Virus record (IMG/VR): IMGVR_UViG_3300021426_000008
Strand: one strand, 5' to 3'
DNA: 64,000 bases
Source of the DNA: a virus
Lineage: Duplodnaviria; Heunggongvirae; Uroviricota; Caudoviricetes
Shown here: positions 20,682-30,240 of the stretch, piece by piece
Position numbering within the stretch: the first letter of the stretch is position 1
How the letters are laid out: each line of letters begins with the position of its first letter
Notes under the pieces: model-generated
The model's database searches: none
What the model saw: the letters and a program-made list of their open reading frames with translations, nothing else
What the model was told of the DNA's origin: nothing
Made by a program: the position numbers and the translations under genes

Positions 20682-20936
20682 ATGGAAGACAAATTAAAAG
20701 AATTAGAAAAAGAAAATCATAATATGAGAGAGCAACTTCAAAACTTTATACCTCGTAGACGTGTGCGTAGAGTTTATAAAATGTTGGGTAAAATTTTAGA
20801 CGAAGATACTGACACCACTTTCTATGTAACTATGTTAAAGGATTTTATAAATAAAATAGAAAAAGAAGGGAAAGCTGAAGCAGGACAAGAAATAAAAACA
20901 GCGATTGAACACCTGCTTTCAGTTAGAGAAAGATAA
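20682..20936 (+). CDS. Hypothetical protein
   Basis: ORF. Confidence 0.4.
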   Translation: MEDKLKELEKENHNMREQLQNFIPRRRVRRVYKMLGKILDEDTDTTFYVTMLKDFINKIEKEGKAEAGQEIKTAIEHLLSVRER

Positions 20937-21457
20937 TGATTTATTTCACAAGTGACCTACATTTAGGTCATAAAAATATTATTGAATATGAAGATAGACC
21001 TTGGAAAAGTGTAGAAGAAATGACTATAGGTCTTATTAAGAATTGGAATGAGGTAGTTAAACCAAACGACGAAGTATATATTTTAGGAGATTTTGCGTTT
21101 CAAAATTCATATATGACACCGTTTTTAATAACAGATGTGTTAAGTCGACTAAACGGAAAAAAACATTTGATTATTGGAAATCACGATACATATATAAATA
21201 AGCAAGCATTTAATCCTAGATACTTCGAGGAGATGGTTCACTATAAAGAGCTAAAGATAAACGGTAAATTTATAATTTTATCACATTATCCAATAGAAAG
21301 CTGGAATTGTAAAGAACACGGAAGTATTCACTTACACGGTCATACACATAAACCAGATAATCGACCTGATATAAATAGATATAATGTAGGGTGTATGTTA
21401 TATGATTATAAACCCGTAACACTAGATTATTTATTGAAAGGAGGGTATCTAAAATGA
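20936..21457 (+). CDS. Calcineurin-like metallophosphoesterase
   Basis: DLHLGH, ILGDFAF and GNHD motifs. Confidence 0.7.
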   Translation: MIYFTSDLHLGHKNIIEYEDRPWKSVEEMTIGLIKNWNEVVKPNDEVYILGDFAFQNSYMTPFLITDVLSRLNGKKHLIIGNHDTYINKQAFNPRYFEEMVHYKELKINGKFIILSHYPIESWNCKEHGSIHLHGHTHKPDNRPDINRYNVGCMLYDYKPVTLDYLLKGGYLK

Positions 21458-21681
21458 CACCGTTTGAAGATAAGTTATTACATATCGAAGAAAGAAAATT
21501 ACTAGAAATGAAAACTTTAAATTCAACACTTGCTGAAATCCACGAGACACTAAAAGCATTAAATACAAATCTTCGTGATACATTAGGTAGTGCCGAAACA
21601 GGTGACGCATTAGTGGCTATCGCAAGAATTCCAGAAGAAATTAACGCGTTGACAGATATTTTAGATAACGGGGAGGAATAA
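21454..21681 (+). CDS. Hypothetical protein
   Basis: ORF. Confidence 0.4.
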   Translation: MTPFEDKLLHIEERKLLEMKTLNSTLAEIHETLKALNTNLRDTLGSAETGDALVAIARIPEEINALTDILDNGEE

Positions 21682-21683
21682 TT

Positions 21684-21908
21684 ATGGCTATGTTTCCAGT
21701 ATTTATGATTGGTGTAATTATTGGTATTGCTCTATCTTATGCGTTTTATAAATACAAAGAAGACGTACCATCACAAGTTAAAATTCAAATGCAAGAAAGA
21801 CAAATTAAATCACAAGAAAGCGATAACAAAATGCTTAATGATTTAGTCGATAGATTGTATAAGAAGATTGAAACACTCGAGACAGAATTAAAAGAACTTA
21901 AAAAATAA
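21684..21908 (+). CDS. Small membrane protein with a coiled-coil tail
   Basis: N-terminal TM segment followed by heptad-like repeats. Confidence 0.4.
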   Translation: MAMFPVFMIGVIIGIALSYAFYKYKEDVPSQVKIQMQERQIKSQESDNKMLNDLVDRLYKKIETLETELKELKK

Positions 21909-21934
21909 TTGAATTTAATAGGAGGATTGAAATT

Positions 21935-22738
21935 ATGAGTAGAAAACAAACAATGGCTCTAGTAATCGGAGTAGTAGTCTTATTTATAGGAATGATTATA
22001 TTTTTTGCAGGTACAACAATAGTACCAACAGGACACATAGGAGTTGTAACATTGTATCAAAATGTTCAAGATAAATATTTAGACGCAGGTTTTCATTGGA
22101 TTAAACCATTCGTTGAAGACGTACACGACGTAGATATAAGAACACAAAAATATTCAAATACTGTTGAAGGAAGCGCAAAAGACCTTCAAATTGTAAATAT
22201 AACAATGTCAATTAACTATCAAATTAAACCTGAAAAAGTAACAGAATTATATGCAAAAGTAGGAGAGCATTATAACGACGTAATATTAAACCCTGCATTA
22301 CAATCTAGTCTTAAAGCTAGTATGGCTCAATTTACAGCAGAAGAAATGATAACAAAAAGAGCAGAAGTTGCTGCTAAAATAACAGAAGAATTAAACACAA
22401 GACTTGATGAATACTTTTTAATTAGTGCTGTAAACTTAGAAAATATAGACTTTACAGACGAATACAATAAAGCTATTGAAGCTAAAACTACAAATCAACA
22501 AAAAGCTGAGGCTGAAAAAGCTCAACTTGAAATTATAAAAGTTCAAAATGAACAAAAAATAAATACAGCAGAGGCAGAAGCAAAAGTAAGAGAATTACAA
22601 TCGCAATCTGTAACTGATAAATCATTAGAACAACTAAGATTAGAAATACAAAGAGAAATGATACAAAAATGGAATGGTCAATTCCCTACAACAATGCTTA
22701 GCGACGACCCTACTGTGCTATTCAATATGAATAAATAA
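21935..22738 (+). CDS. SPFH/band-7 (stomatin/prohibitin-like) membrane protein
   Basis: N-terminal TM then HIGVVTLYQNV...GFHWIKPFVEDVHDVDIRTQ, a typical SPFH core. Confidence 0.65.
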   Translation: MSRKQTMALVIGVVVLFIGMIIFFAGTTIVPTGHIGVVTLYQNVQDKYLDAGFHWIKPFVEDVHDVDIRTQKYSNTVEGSAKDLQIVNITMSINYQIKPEKVTELYAKVGEHYNDVILNPALQSSLKASMAQFTAEEMITKRAEVAAKITEELNTRLDEYFLISAVNLENIDFTDEYNKAIEAKTTNQQKAEAEKAQLEIIKVQNEQKINTAEAEAKVRELQSQSVTDKSLEQLRLEIQREMIQKWNGQFPTTMLSDDPTVLFNMNK

Positions 22739-22758
22739 TAGATTAAGGAGAGGATATA

Positions 22759-22980
22759 ATGGCTACTCGTAAAGTAGAAACAGAAAACAACGCGTATAAC
22801 AAAATAGAAAATATTGTAATGAATAGAGTGTTTATGCTAGAAAATGAAAACGCACAACTAAAAAATGAATTAGCTGTAGCCAAAGCAAAATTAGAAGTCT
22901 ATGAACGATTAGCCAATATATCTGGGACTAAAACACAACTTGGTTTTGGTCCACCATTGGATAGAGAAGGAGGTATGTAA
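22759..22980 (+). CDS. Hypothetical protein
   Basis: ORF. Confidence 0.4.
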   Translation: MATRKVETENNAYNKIENIVMNRVFMLENENAQLKNELAVAKAKLEVYERLANISGTKTQLGFGPPLDREGGM

Positions 22981-23174
22981 TGACTATGACTACATTAGAA
23001 GGAAAAGATAAATCAATTAGTATAACATTTTCAAATGGCATAACTATACTAGGCAGCAATAAGTATCAACTTAACTTACCTACTATTAGCTGTACGAAAA
23101 TGGAAGACGCTGAATATATGCAAACTAGAATAAATGAATTTGTAAATAATCTTAGTCGTGAATTAGTAAAATAA
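22980..23174 (+). CDS. Hypothetical protein
   Basis: ORF. Confidence 0.35.
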   Translation: MTMTTLEGKDKSISITFSNGITILGSNKYQLNLPTISCTKMEDAEYMQTRINEFVNNLSRELVK

Positions 23175-23295
23175 TATTACGAGGAGGTATTTATAATGAG
23201 AATATGTACGGGTACAGGATATGATATAGACCACTGTAGAGTGGAAAAAATGGGGTGTCCTGGTTGTGACCATTATAGAGAAGGAGGATTAAAAA

Positions 23296-24408
23296 ATGAG
23301 CAGAAAGTTAGCAAGTGTGCAGACTGTCAGGGCGATAAAGCCGATAGAGGGCGCAGATAGAATAGAGATTGTTCAAATCTTAAACTGGGATTGTGTGGCT
23401 AGAAAAGGAGAATATCGAGTAGGAGATAAAGTTATTTATTTTGAAATTGATAGCTTACTTCCAGATATTCCAGCGTTTGAATTCTTAAAGGGTTCTTCTT
23501 GGTCACAAAAATTAAACAAGTATAAGATTTCTACACATAAATTTAGAAATCAAATTTCTCAAGGATTAGTAATACCTTATGAGCAGATAAAAGACTTAAT
23601 GGTACAAATCAATGGTGAAATAGATTTTAGAACTGAATATCCAGAGGGAGAAGATTTAACCGCATTGTTAAAAATTGAAAAATATGAACCACCAGTTTCA
23701 AACGGAGCGTTAGGTGATATAATTCATCACGAATGGTATATACCAAAAACTGATGAGGAGAGAATTCAAGTTTGTGCAGCAGACGTTTTACCAGCGTATA
23801 TAAATAGTGAACAAGATGATTGGTATAGCTCAATAAAACTTGACGGTACTTCTTGCACAGTTGGATTATTTGATGACGCATTTTTAATAGGTGGTAGAAA
23901 TCAATTTTATAAAGACGAAAATATGTATACCACTACAGTTAATAAGTATTTTGAAAATGGAGCTAAAGAGAAATTTGAAAATTATAAAGCTATAAATGGT
24001 ATATATGTAGCATTCCAAGGAGAATTATGTGGGCCCGGTATTCAAGGAAATAAATTAGGACTTAAAGAAAAAGAATGGTTTATATTTAATGCTTTTGTAA
24101 GTAAAACTGGTAAAAACGGAAGCTATGTAAAATGCGACTTATTATATATGTTAAAATTATGTGAAGAATTCGGTCTAAAACACGTACCTCTAATTGACGC
24201 AGAAGATAAATTCAAATTTGACCCTGAGGAAACAGTGGATAACACAGTGGAAAAATTATTGAAATATGTTGACGATATAAAATATAGAAAATATTTTGAA
24301 GACGCTTCACCAAGTCAAATTGCAGAAGGTGTTGTATTTAGAACAGAAGATATGACTTATTCATTCAAAGTTGTGTCTAATAAATATTTATTGAAAGGTG
24401 GAGAATAG
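23296..24408 (+). CDS. ATP-dependent polynucleotide ligase, probably an RNA ligase
   Basis: Motif I KLDGT, EGVVFR (motif IV-like) and KVVSNKYLLK (motif V-like). GAAGGAGG RBS. Confidence 0.55.
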   Translation: MSRKLASVQTVRAIKPIEGADRIEIVQILNWDCVARKGEYRVGDKVIYFEIDSLLPDIPAFEFLKGSSWSQKLNKYKISTHKFRNQISQGLVIPYEQIKDLMVQINGEIDFRTEYPEGEDLTALLKIEKYEPPVSNGALGDIIHHEWYIPKTDEERIQVCAADVLPAYINSEQDDWYSSIKLDGTSCTVGLFDDAFLIGGRNQFYKDENMYTTTVNKYFENGAKEKFENYKAINGIYVAFQGELCGPGIQGNKLGLKEKEWFIFNAFVSKTGKNGSYVKCDLLYMLKLCEEFGLKHVPLIDAEDKFKFDPEETVDNTVEKLLKYVDDIKYRKYFEDASPSQIAEGVVFRTEDMTYSFKVVSNKYLLKGGE

Positions 24409-24766
24409 AATGATACTACGAGTTTATTTACACAGAACAAAAAAGCACGAGTTTGAAGTGGCTGACGCATTTGAAGTAAAAGTTGATTTAGAAAATCTAC
24501 CTGACGATAAAAAAGAAGATTTAGATTATATAAATTTAGGTTTTAAAAATGATTGCCAAAAATTAGCTCGTACAAGAGAATGTGTGCAAAAATACGGAAC
24601 CGCTTATATATCTTTTATGCGTCCTCAATTTGAAGGAGACGAAAAAGATAATGGTAATGATAAAGTTTATTTTGATAATAAAGAAATGTTATTTATGAAA
24701 AGAAAACCAAAACGTACCAGAAAAAAGAAAGCGGAGGAACCTGTTAATGAAGAAGAAAAGAAATAA
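24398..24766 (+). CDS. Hypothetical protein
   Basis: ORF. Confidence 0.4.
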   Translation: MENRMILRVYLHRTKKHEFEVADAFEVKVDLENLPDDKKEDLDYINLGFKNDCQKLARTRECVQKYGTAYISFMRPQFEGDEKDNGNDKVYFDNKEMLFMKRKPKRTRKKKAEEPVNEEEKK

Positions 24767-25112
24767 AATAATAGGTGTTGATTTTGACGGGACACTGGCT
24801 ACAATAGTGTCCCCTTATCCTAATATAGGAGAGCCTATTCAAGAAATTATAGATTATATACTTGAAGAACAAAGAAATGGTGCTTATTTAGTTTTAGTAA
24901 CTATGCGCGAGGGAGTTGCATTAGAAGGAGCGCTTATGTGGTGTGAAGACCACGGAATTAAATTCAATGCAGTGAACGATAATTTACCCCATATGAAGGA
25001 TTGGTTCGGCAATAATCCACGAAAGATTTTTTGTAATGAATATATAGACGATAATAACTTCGGAGGGATTGATTACGTATTAGAAAAATTACGAAAAAGA
25101 AAGGAAGAATAG
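24747..25112 (+). CDS. HAD-superfamily phosphatase (5'(3')-deoxyribonucleotidase-like)
   Basis: N-terminal IGVDFDGTLA matches HAD motif I (DxDGT). Confidence 0.5.
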   Translation: MKKKRNKIIGVDFDGTLATIVSPYPNIGEPIQEIIDYILEEQRNGAYLVLVTMREGVALEGALMWCEDHGIKFNAVNDNLPHMKDWFGNNPRKIFCNEYIDDNNFGGIDYVLEKLRKRKEE

Positions 25113-25114
25113 TT

Positions 25115-25888
25115 ATGAAATATTGTTTTGGTAGTGTTAGTTGGAGTGGTTATTTAGAAAGATATGTAGATGTTTTTGTGGATAACTATATAAGATTATT
25201 TAAAGAATTGATAAGAGTAGGTATAAATTACACAGATATAGCAGACCCTGTAATTGTATATGCTAATGATATTGAAGGATTTACAACAGAGGAGCAAGTA
25301 CAGAAATTATACGACGTAACTGGTAAAAAATTAGTTTTAGTGAGTGATAAGCATAAATATAATCAAGATAATATTATGTATTCAACAAGAAATAGACTAA
25401 GAGAAAAAGTTAGAACTATGTATCCAGATGACCAAAAAGTATTCTGGTATTTCCCTATTGACGACGCGATAAAAGAAGAAGACGCAGTTCGTGAATTATT
25501 AAAACTTAGTAAAGCTACTGAAAATACAGCTTGTATGTTCAAATTTTACGTTAATCAAGGTGCTAATAATTTTACAGCTGGTACTACTCCTATAAATTCA
25601 TATAAAGATATTCACCCTGGAGACTGGGGAGGATATTGTGCATATACCATATTAGATGAGGATAAATGCCCTTTGTATCCAGAAATAGCAATACCAAATG
25701 TAGCTTTTTATATTGCATTATATGAAGCTGGTTATAAACAATACGCAAGTGAAAAAATATGTGTAGAGCATTTAAGACATTTAGATAGTCACCACTTCAA
25801 GACAAAAGACAAACCAATGTCACAAAAAGTTTCAGACTATTTGTTAAAGAAAAGAGCTGAACTCGCAAAGAAAGAAGGAAAAGAATAA
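25115..25888 (+). CDS. Hypothetical protein
   Basis: ORF. Confidence 0.4.
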   Translation: MKYCFGSVSWSGYLERYVDVFVDNYIRLFKELIRVGINYTDIADPVIVYANDIEGFTTEEQVQKLYDVTGKKLVLVSDKHKYNQDNIMYSTRNRLREKVRTMYPDDQKVFWYFPIDDAIKEEDAVRELLKLSKATENTACMFKFYVNQGANNFTAGTTPINSYKDIHPGDWGGYCAYTILDEDKCPLYPEIAIPNVAFYIALYEAGYKQYASEKICVEHLRHLDSHHFKTKDKPMSQKVSDYLLKKRAELAKKEGKE

Positions 25889-26319
25889 TGACCGATTTTG
25901 TTATAGTGTTAGGTGTAATAAGTGGCTTATATCTTATGTGGGAGTTATTCAATAAAGTTATATTTCCTAAAATGGTTTATCACGGTATGAAAGAAATTGA
26001 CCGTAACCCAAAATGGATTACTTCAAAGTTACAATATTATGGTTTTGATGATATAGATATAGTATTGTGTGAAAGTAAATGGGGAATGTTACCTCGATTT
26101 CGTGCTGGTAAAGATAATCGTTTAGAATTATGGATTGATAACGACACCTCAACAAAAGACGTAGACGACGTAGGACACTTAGCATTGTGTGTAAAAGTAA
26201 AAGCCAAATATGGACTATGGTTCCCAGACAAACCTACTTATTGGTTATCTATTTTATTATATATGTTAGACGGTGGAAATATAGAAATGAGAGAAAAAGA
26301 AAAACAAGAAACCTCTTGA
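25888..26319 (+). CDS. Hypothetical protein with an N-terminal TM segment
   Basis: ORF. Confidence 0.4.
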   Translation: MTDFVIVLGVISGLYLMWELFNKVIFPKMVYHGMKEIDRNPKWITSKLQYYGFDDIDIVLCESKWGMLPRFRAGKDNRLELWIDNDTSTKDVDDVGHLALCVKVKAKYGLWFPDKPTYWLSILLYMLDGGNIEMREKEKQETS

Positions 26320-26383
26320 CTAATTCCGTAAAATATTATATAATTATATTATAGACTTTATCAAAAGAAAGGAAGAAGTAATT

Positions 26384-26791
26384 ATGAAAGACTTATCCGA
26401 GTATAGGGCGCTAAATAAAGCTCACCTATATAGGGAATTCAAAACCGAATATGGCTATCCAGAAATGCAAATAACTTCATATAGACGTGTGCTATATGGC
26501 GAAAGTACATACTTAGGTAAAGGACGCTCACCTTATATTGCAGATATGTTTAGGTTCTTTGGTAATAAACTTCACAAAGAGTTTATTGACGTGGCATACG
26601 ACTTATTAGACTCAGAATTCTTTGGTAGAAAAAATACATTATTAGACGTAATTATGGCAGAGAAAAATATACCAAAAGAAAAAGTTAATGAAATATTAGG
26701 AGATAGAGCAGTAGCACTTGATAACATAAGACTATGTGATTTAAACGACGATAACAGAAAGATATATGAAGACGCGGTAAAGGAGGTATAA
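26384..26791 (+). CDS. Hypothetical protein
   Basis: ORF. Confidence 0.4.
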   Translation: MKDLSEYRALNKAHLYREFKTEYGYPEMQITSYRRVLYGESTYLGKGRSPYIADMFRFFGNKLHKEFIDVAYDLLDSEFFGRKNTLLDVIMAEKNIPKEKVNEILGDRAVALDNIRLCDLNDDNRKIYEDAVKEV

Positions 26792-26792
26792 A

Positions 26793-27440
26793 ATGAAGGC
26801 AAAAATAGAACCACAAGGAATAATCGAAGCATATGAAAATGGTCAATCCTTGAACGCGATAGCACGTGCCTTCGGTACATATCCAACAACCGTTAGACGT
26901 ATCTTAGAAAGAAATGATATAGAACTGAGACACGACGCTATGATTAAAGGGTCTCATACTGTATTAAACGACGGAGAAAAACTAATTGAATGGGCTAAAG
27001 CTCAAGGTCGATTAGTAACAAGAAAAGAATTAGCAGAAGTAGTAGGTAAGACAAGATTGTCACCAGGGTATTTTCAAAAATATCCAGAACTTGGACAATA
27101 TGTAGCGTCTTATGAGCAGAAAGATATTAGAAAATATACAGAGCAATTATTTACTTGGTTGCAAGAAAATGATATTTCATACGCGCCAAACGACAGAAGT
27201 GCATTAGAAGGTATACCAGTACAAGCAAAATTATTAAATAAATACGACGGAATACTTATAACTATTGATATTAAATCTGTATCAATTAGTAATGCACGAT
27301 ATAAAGAAATGATACGTAGAAGATTAAAAAAAGCAAATGAAAAAGGATTGATTATGTTATTCTTAAAAGAAGAACATTTTGAGGATTTAGATTGTATTAA
27401 AGGCTTATTAGATAGTCTAAAATATTCAAAGGAGAGGTAG
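26793..27440 (+). CDS. HTH-domain DNA-binding protein
   Basis: GQSLNAIARAFGTYPTTVRRIL is a helix-turn-helix. Confidence 0.5.
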   Translation: MKAKIEPQGIIEAYENGQSLNAIARAFGTYPTTVRRILERNDIELRHDAMIKGSHTVLNDGEKLIEWAKAQGRLVTRKELAEVVGKTRLSPGYFQKYPELGQYVASYEQKDIRKYTEQLFTWLQENDISYAPNDRSALEGIPVQAKLLNKYDGILITIDIKSVSISNARYKEMIRRRLKKANEKGLIMLFLKEEHFEDLDCIKGLLDSLKYSKER

Positions 27441-27443
27441 TCA

Positions 27444-28058
27444 ATGGCTGGGCAAATGTTATATGTGAAGAAGGGGGAAAAGGACGTGGCAAAAGCGAGC
27501 GTAGTATTTAGCAAAGATAATGAATATTATACACCAAAATATGTAGTAGACTTCTTCTACCCTGATGGCTTCGACTATGACCCAGCAACTTGTGAAGGTA
27601 AAGCAAAAGAATTCGCAGTACCTCATTATGATACAATAGAAACAGACGGTCTTGCACAAGACTGGACAAAATATGACCGTATCTGGATTAACCCTCCGTT
27701 TACGGATAAACACAAGTTTTTAGCAAAGGCAGTTGAGACTTATAATAAGGCTCACAATACTATATATGTTTTATTCCCTATTGAATTTTTAACTACCGCT
27801 AGATTTCACGACTTACATTGTAAATGTGAATTATATGTACCTAAAGGTAGAATAAATTTTGAAAGTGGATTAGGTAAAACAGGAAAAAGTCCTGCCTTTG
27901 GTAGTGTAGTAATAAAGTTATCTGACAAAAATGTAATTCATTATATTGAATTAAAACCTGGCAATAGTGTAAACGATATAACGCCCGAAGATGTTACACT
28001 ACCAAATACAGAGGATTTAGGAAGTATTATAAAAAAGAAAAAATCTTGGTATAGATAG
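27444..28058 (+). CDS. Phage Dam-like DNA N6-adenine methyltransferase
   Basis: FSKDNEYYTP ... FDYDPA ... DGLAQDW ... IWINPPF follows the Dam (PF05869-type) pattern, including NPPF. Confidence 0.8.
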   Translation: MAGQMLYVKKGEKDVAKASVVFSKDNEYYTPKYVVDFFYPDGFDYDPATCEGKAKEFAVPHYDTIETDGLAQDWTKYDRIWINPPFTDKHKFLAKAVETYNKAHNTIYVLFPIEFLTTARFHDLHCKCELYVPKGRINFESGLGKTGKSPAFGSVVIKLSDKNVIHYIELKPGNSVNDITPEDVTLPNTEDLGSIIKKKKSWYR

Positions 28059-28067
28059 GAGAAAAAT

Positions 28068-28217
28068 ATGTTAGCCTATACTTGTGAAAATTGTAAAAAA
28101 ATAATTTTATGGGGAAGTGTTAATGAGTATAACCAGCATTTTTGCGACGAAAAATGTTATGAGAAATATTGTAAAAAGAATGGTTATGAAGCTCACCCAG
28201 AAAAATTATATAAAATA
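28068..28217 (+). CDS. Small zinc-ribbon protein (~50 aa)
   Basis: CENC...CDEKC...C. Absent from the ORF track because it is under 60 aa. Coordinates are approximate. Confidence 0.3.
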
Positions 28218-28237
28218 AAATCAATATTTAATTAACA

Positions 28238-28321
28238 TAGCTGAGGTTAAAAGACGTATAGTGGGTAACGTCACGGGTGAAAGTCCGCGCGGGTAGATGA
28301 GGTTCAAATCCTCCCTCGGCT
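28238..28321 (+). tRNA. tRNA-like element, isotype unresolved
   Basis: Acceptor pairing AGCTGAG/CTCGGCT and a T-arm GAGGTTCAAATCCTC. The D and anticodon arms could not be folded canonically by eye. The antisense ORF carries the GFEP signature. Confidence 0.35.
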
Positions 28322-28338
28322 TCGCCCCACTCATATAT

Positions 28339-28411
28339 CGCGGGGGTGGTGCAACGGCAGCACGCTGGGCCCATAACCCAGAGACGAGGTTCGATTCCTA
28401 CGCCCGCAACC
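28339..28411 (+). tRNA. tRNA-Met-like (anticodon CAT), atypical
   Basis: Good D-arm (GTGC/GCAC) and anticodon arm (CTGGG CCCATAA CCCAG), but C33, a weak T-stem and a G-G acceptor mismatch. Possibly a pseudo-tRNA. Confidence 0.45.
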
Positions 28412-28437
28412 AATAATTTAGTAGGTAGGTAGTTAGA

Positions 28438-28902
28438 ATGTGGAAAGAATGTAGTGTCTGTTCAAATTACGAAATTTCAAAATATGGAGACGTTAGAAAT
28501 AAACAGACTGGAAAAATATTAAAACAAAAACTTGATAAAAGTAATTGTCTAATGGTGAATTTATCCTTAGGAAAAAGAGGAAAAGCAAAATATTATATAG
28601 TAGCTCGTTTAGTTGCTATGGCTTTTGTGCCAAATCCTATGGGTTACACTTGGGTTAGACATATTGACGGTAATACTTTGAATAATGAAGCAAGTAATCT
28701 TGAATGGGTAAAAGAGCGTTGGTCAAGTCAAGCTCGTGGTGAACACTCTCATAATTCAAAACTTACAACGGCAGAAGTAGAATGGTGTAGAGAAGTTTAT
28801 AAACCTAGAGATAAAGAATATGGTTTGACTTCACTTGCAAAACGTTTTAATGTTTCAAATTCAACAATGTCTTACGTACTAAATAATGTAACATATAAAT
28901 AA
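28438..28902 (+). CDS. HNH homing endonuclease (NUMOD4 + HNH_3-like)
   Basis: YEISKYGDVRN and ARLVAMAFVPNP...HIDGN...NNEASNLEW. Sits inside the tRNA cluster. Confidence 0.7.
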   Translation: MWKECSVCSNYEISKYGDVRNKQTGKILKQKLDKSNCLMVNLSLGKRGKAKYYIVARLVAMAFVPNPMGYTWVRHIDGNTLNNEASNLEWVKERWSSQARGEHSHNSKLTTAEVEWCREVYKPRDKEYGLTSLAKRFNVSNSTMSYVLNNVTYK

Positions 28903-28905
28903 CAT

Positions 28906-28979
28906 TCGGGAGTGGTGAAATGGTATCACATAGCGCTTTGACCGATATATTCCTAGTTCGAGTCTAGGCTCCCGAGCCA
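28906..28979 (+). tRNA. tRNA-Gln (TTG)
   Basis: Cloverleaf folded by hand: U1-A72, D-stem GTGA/TCAC, anticodon loop CTTTGAC, T-arm CCTAG TTCGAGT CTAGG, 3' GCCA. Confidence 0.7.
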
Positions 28980-29077
28980 GCCCGAAAGGGCGTGTGAACA
29001 TTTTATTTGGTGTTAATCACCAGACTTTGTTATATTCAACTCGAGCAGTTCGATTCTGCGACTACTATCTTAATTGA

Positions 29078-29100
29078 CGTGGGGGAGTGGTGAAAATCCG
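29078..29100 (+). repeat. Degenerate copy of the 5' part of tRNA-Gln
   Basis: GGGGGAGTGGTGAAAATCC versus TCGGGAGTGGTGAAATGG at 28906. A tRNA-Gln T-arm-like copy also occurs at 31262-31290. A partial tRNA-Ser 5' half (GCCGTGG...GTCAC) sits at 29213-29250. Confidence 0.4.
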
Positions 29101-29132
29101 CTATAGGAAAGATTGAATATAACATTGTATAT

Positions 29133-29208
<76 letters not shown>

Positions 29209-29427
29209 GATAGCCGTGGCGCTGTCACCTAGTTGTGAGGGTCAGTCACAACAAATCAACTAGAGTAACAATAAGCCGTAATCTGTATGCACGAGATTAT
29301 TGAAAGCCCTGATATGTGGTAACAAACTTTACCTAGAGCATACACGAGCAGTGGGTAAATACCGACAATCACTGCTGGGGAGGGTTAGTTGTTTCACCCC
29401 AGCCATTATATAAAAAGGAGAATTATT

Positions 29428-29727
29428 ATGTATTTCATAACAACAATCGAAACTAAAAAAGGAGATGTTAAAGATACACGTTGCGTAGGTTACTATAAAA
29501 CATTTGAAGAAGCCGAGCGAGCAGTAATGGAAAATGCGTGTGATATATGGGAAACTTGTTATGATTATGCAGTAATTGAAAACATAAAAGAAGGACTATA
29601 TCAATATGACTTCCACCCAACTTGGTATAAATATCACAAACCAACATCAGGATATATCAAATGTGAACAACCGGATTTTGTAAATCCAAAAGGTGGAGTA
29701 GGTATGATAGGATACGCTATCGGTTAG
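29428..29727 (+). CDS. Hypothetical protein
   Basis: Start set at the ATG after the AAAGGAG RBS. Confidence 0.45.
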   Translation: MYFITTIETKKGDVKDTRCVGYYKTFEEAERAVMENACDIWETCYDYAVIENIKEGLYQYDFHPTWYKYHKPTSGYIKCEQPDFVNPKGGVGMIGYAIG

Positions 29728-29789
29728 GAGGAAAATATGAATAGAAAAGGTTGCGTCTTCTAGGGCTTTGTGCCTAAGGAGGCGATAAA

Positions 29790-30092
29790 ATGAGTAGAAG
29801 TTATAAACACTTCCCAATTTCAAGAATGGTTTTATGGGGTAGGTCAATGAAAAAAGGAAAACAAGTGGCTAACCGTAAAATCAGAAGAAAACTAAAAGAC
29901 CCTGATATTGAAGTCGGTAACGGTAGATATTATAAATCTTTGGGGTTAGATAGTTGGGAATTGTGGGAATTCAAATTTTTAGAAACAAAACAAGACGCAA
30001 TAGACCGTTGGGAACAAGACCAAAAAGAATTAGCAAATGGAGTAAGACGGTTGGAGAACGCTACACGATTGGAGTTTAGAAGACGCAGTTAA
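29790..30092 (+). CDS. Hypothetical basic protein
   Basis: ORF with an AAGGAGG RBS. Confidence 0.45.
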   Translation: MSRSYKHFPISRMVLWGRSMKKGKQVANRKIRRKLKDPDIEVGNGRYYKSLGLDSWELWEFKFLETKQDAIDRWEQDQKELANGVRRLENATRLEFRRRS

Positions 30093-30145
30093 TGACTGGG
30101 CTAAATTCCATAAAAGAAAATAGGGGTTGGTTAGCCCCTCCATAT

Positions 30146-30220
30146 GGCGCTAGGGACAGTCGGTTAAGTCACCAGGTTTTCATCCTGGGGTGTCCAGTTT
30201 GACTCTGGATAGCGCTACCA
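30146..30220 (+). tRNA. tRNA-Glu (TTC)
   Basis: Acceptor GGCGCTA/TAGCGCT, anticodon arm CCAGG TTTTCAT CCTGG, T-arm TCCAG TTTGACT CTGGA, ACCA end. Confidence 0.75.
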
Positions 30221-30240
30221 AAAACGAAACGAGGTGCGAA

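Noticed and set aside
28228-28413. 61-aa minus-strand ORF MVAGVGIEPRLW...
   Set aside because: Antisense translation of two tRNA genes. The GIEP and GFEP motifs come from the reverse complement of the GGTTCGAATCC T-loops.
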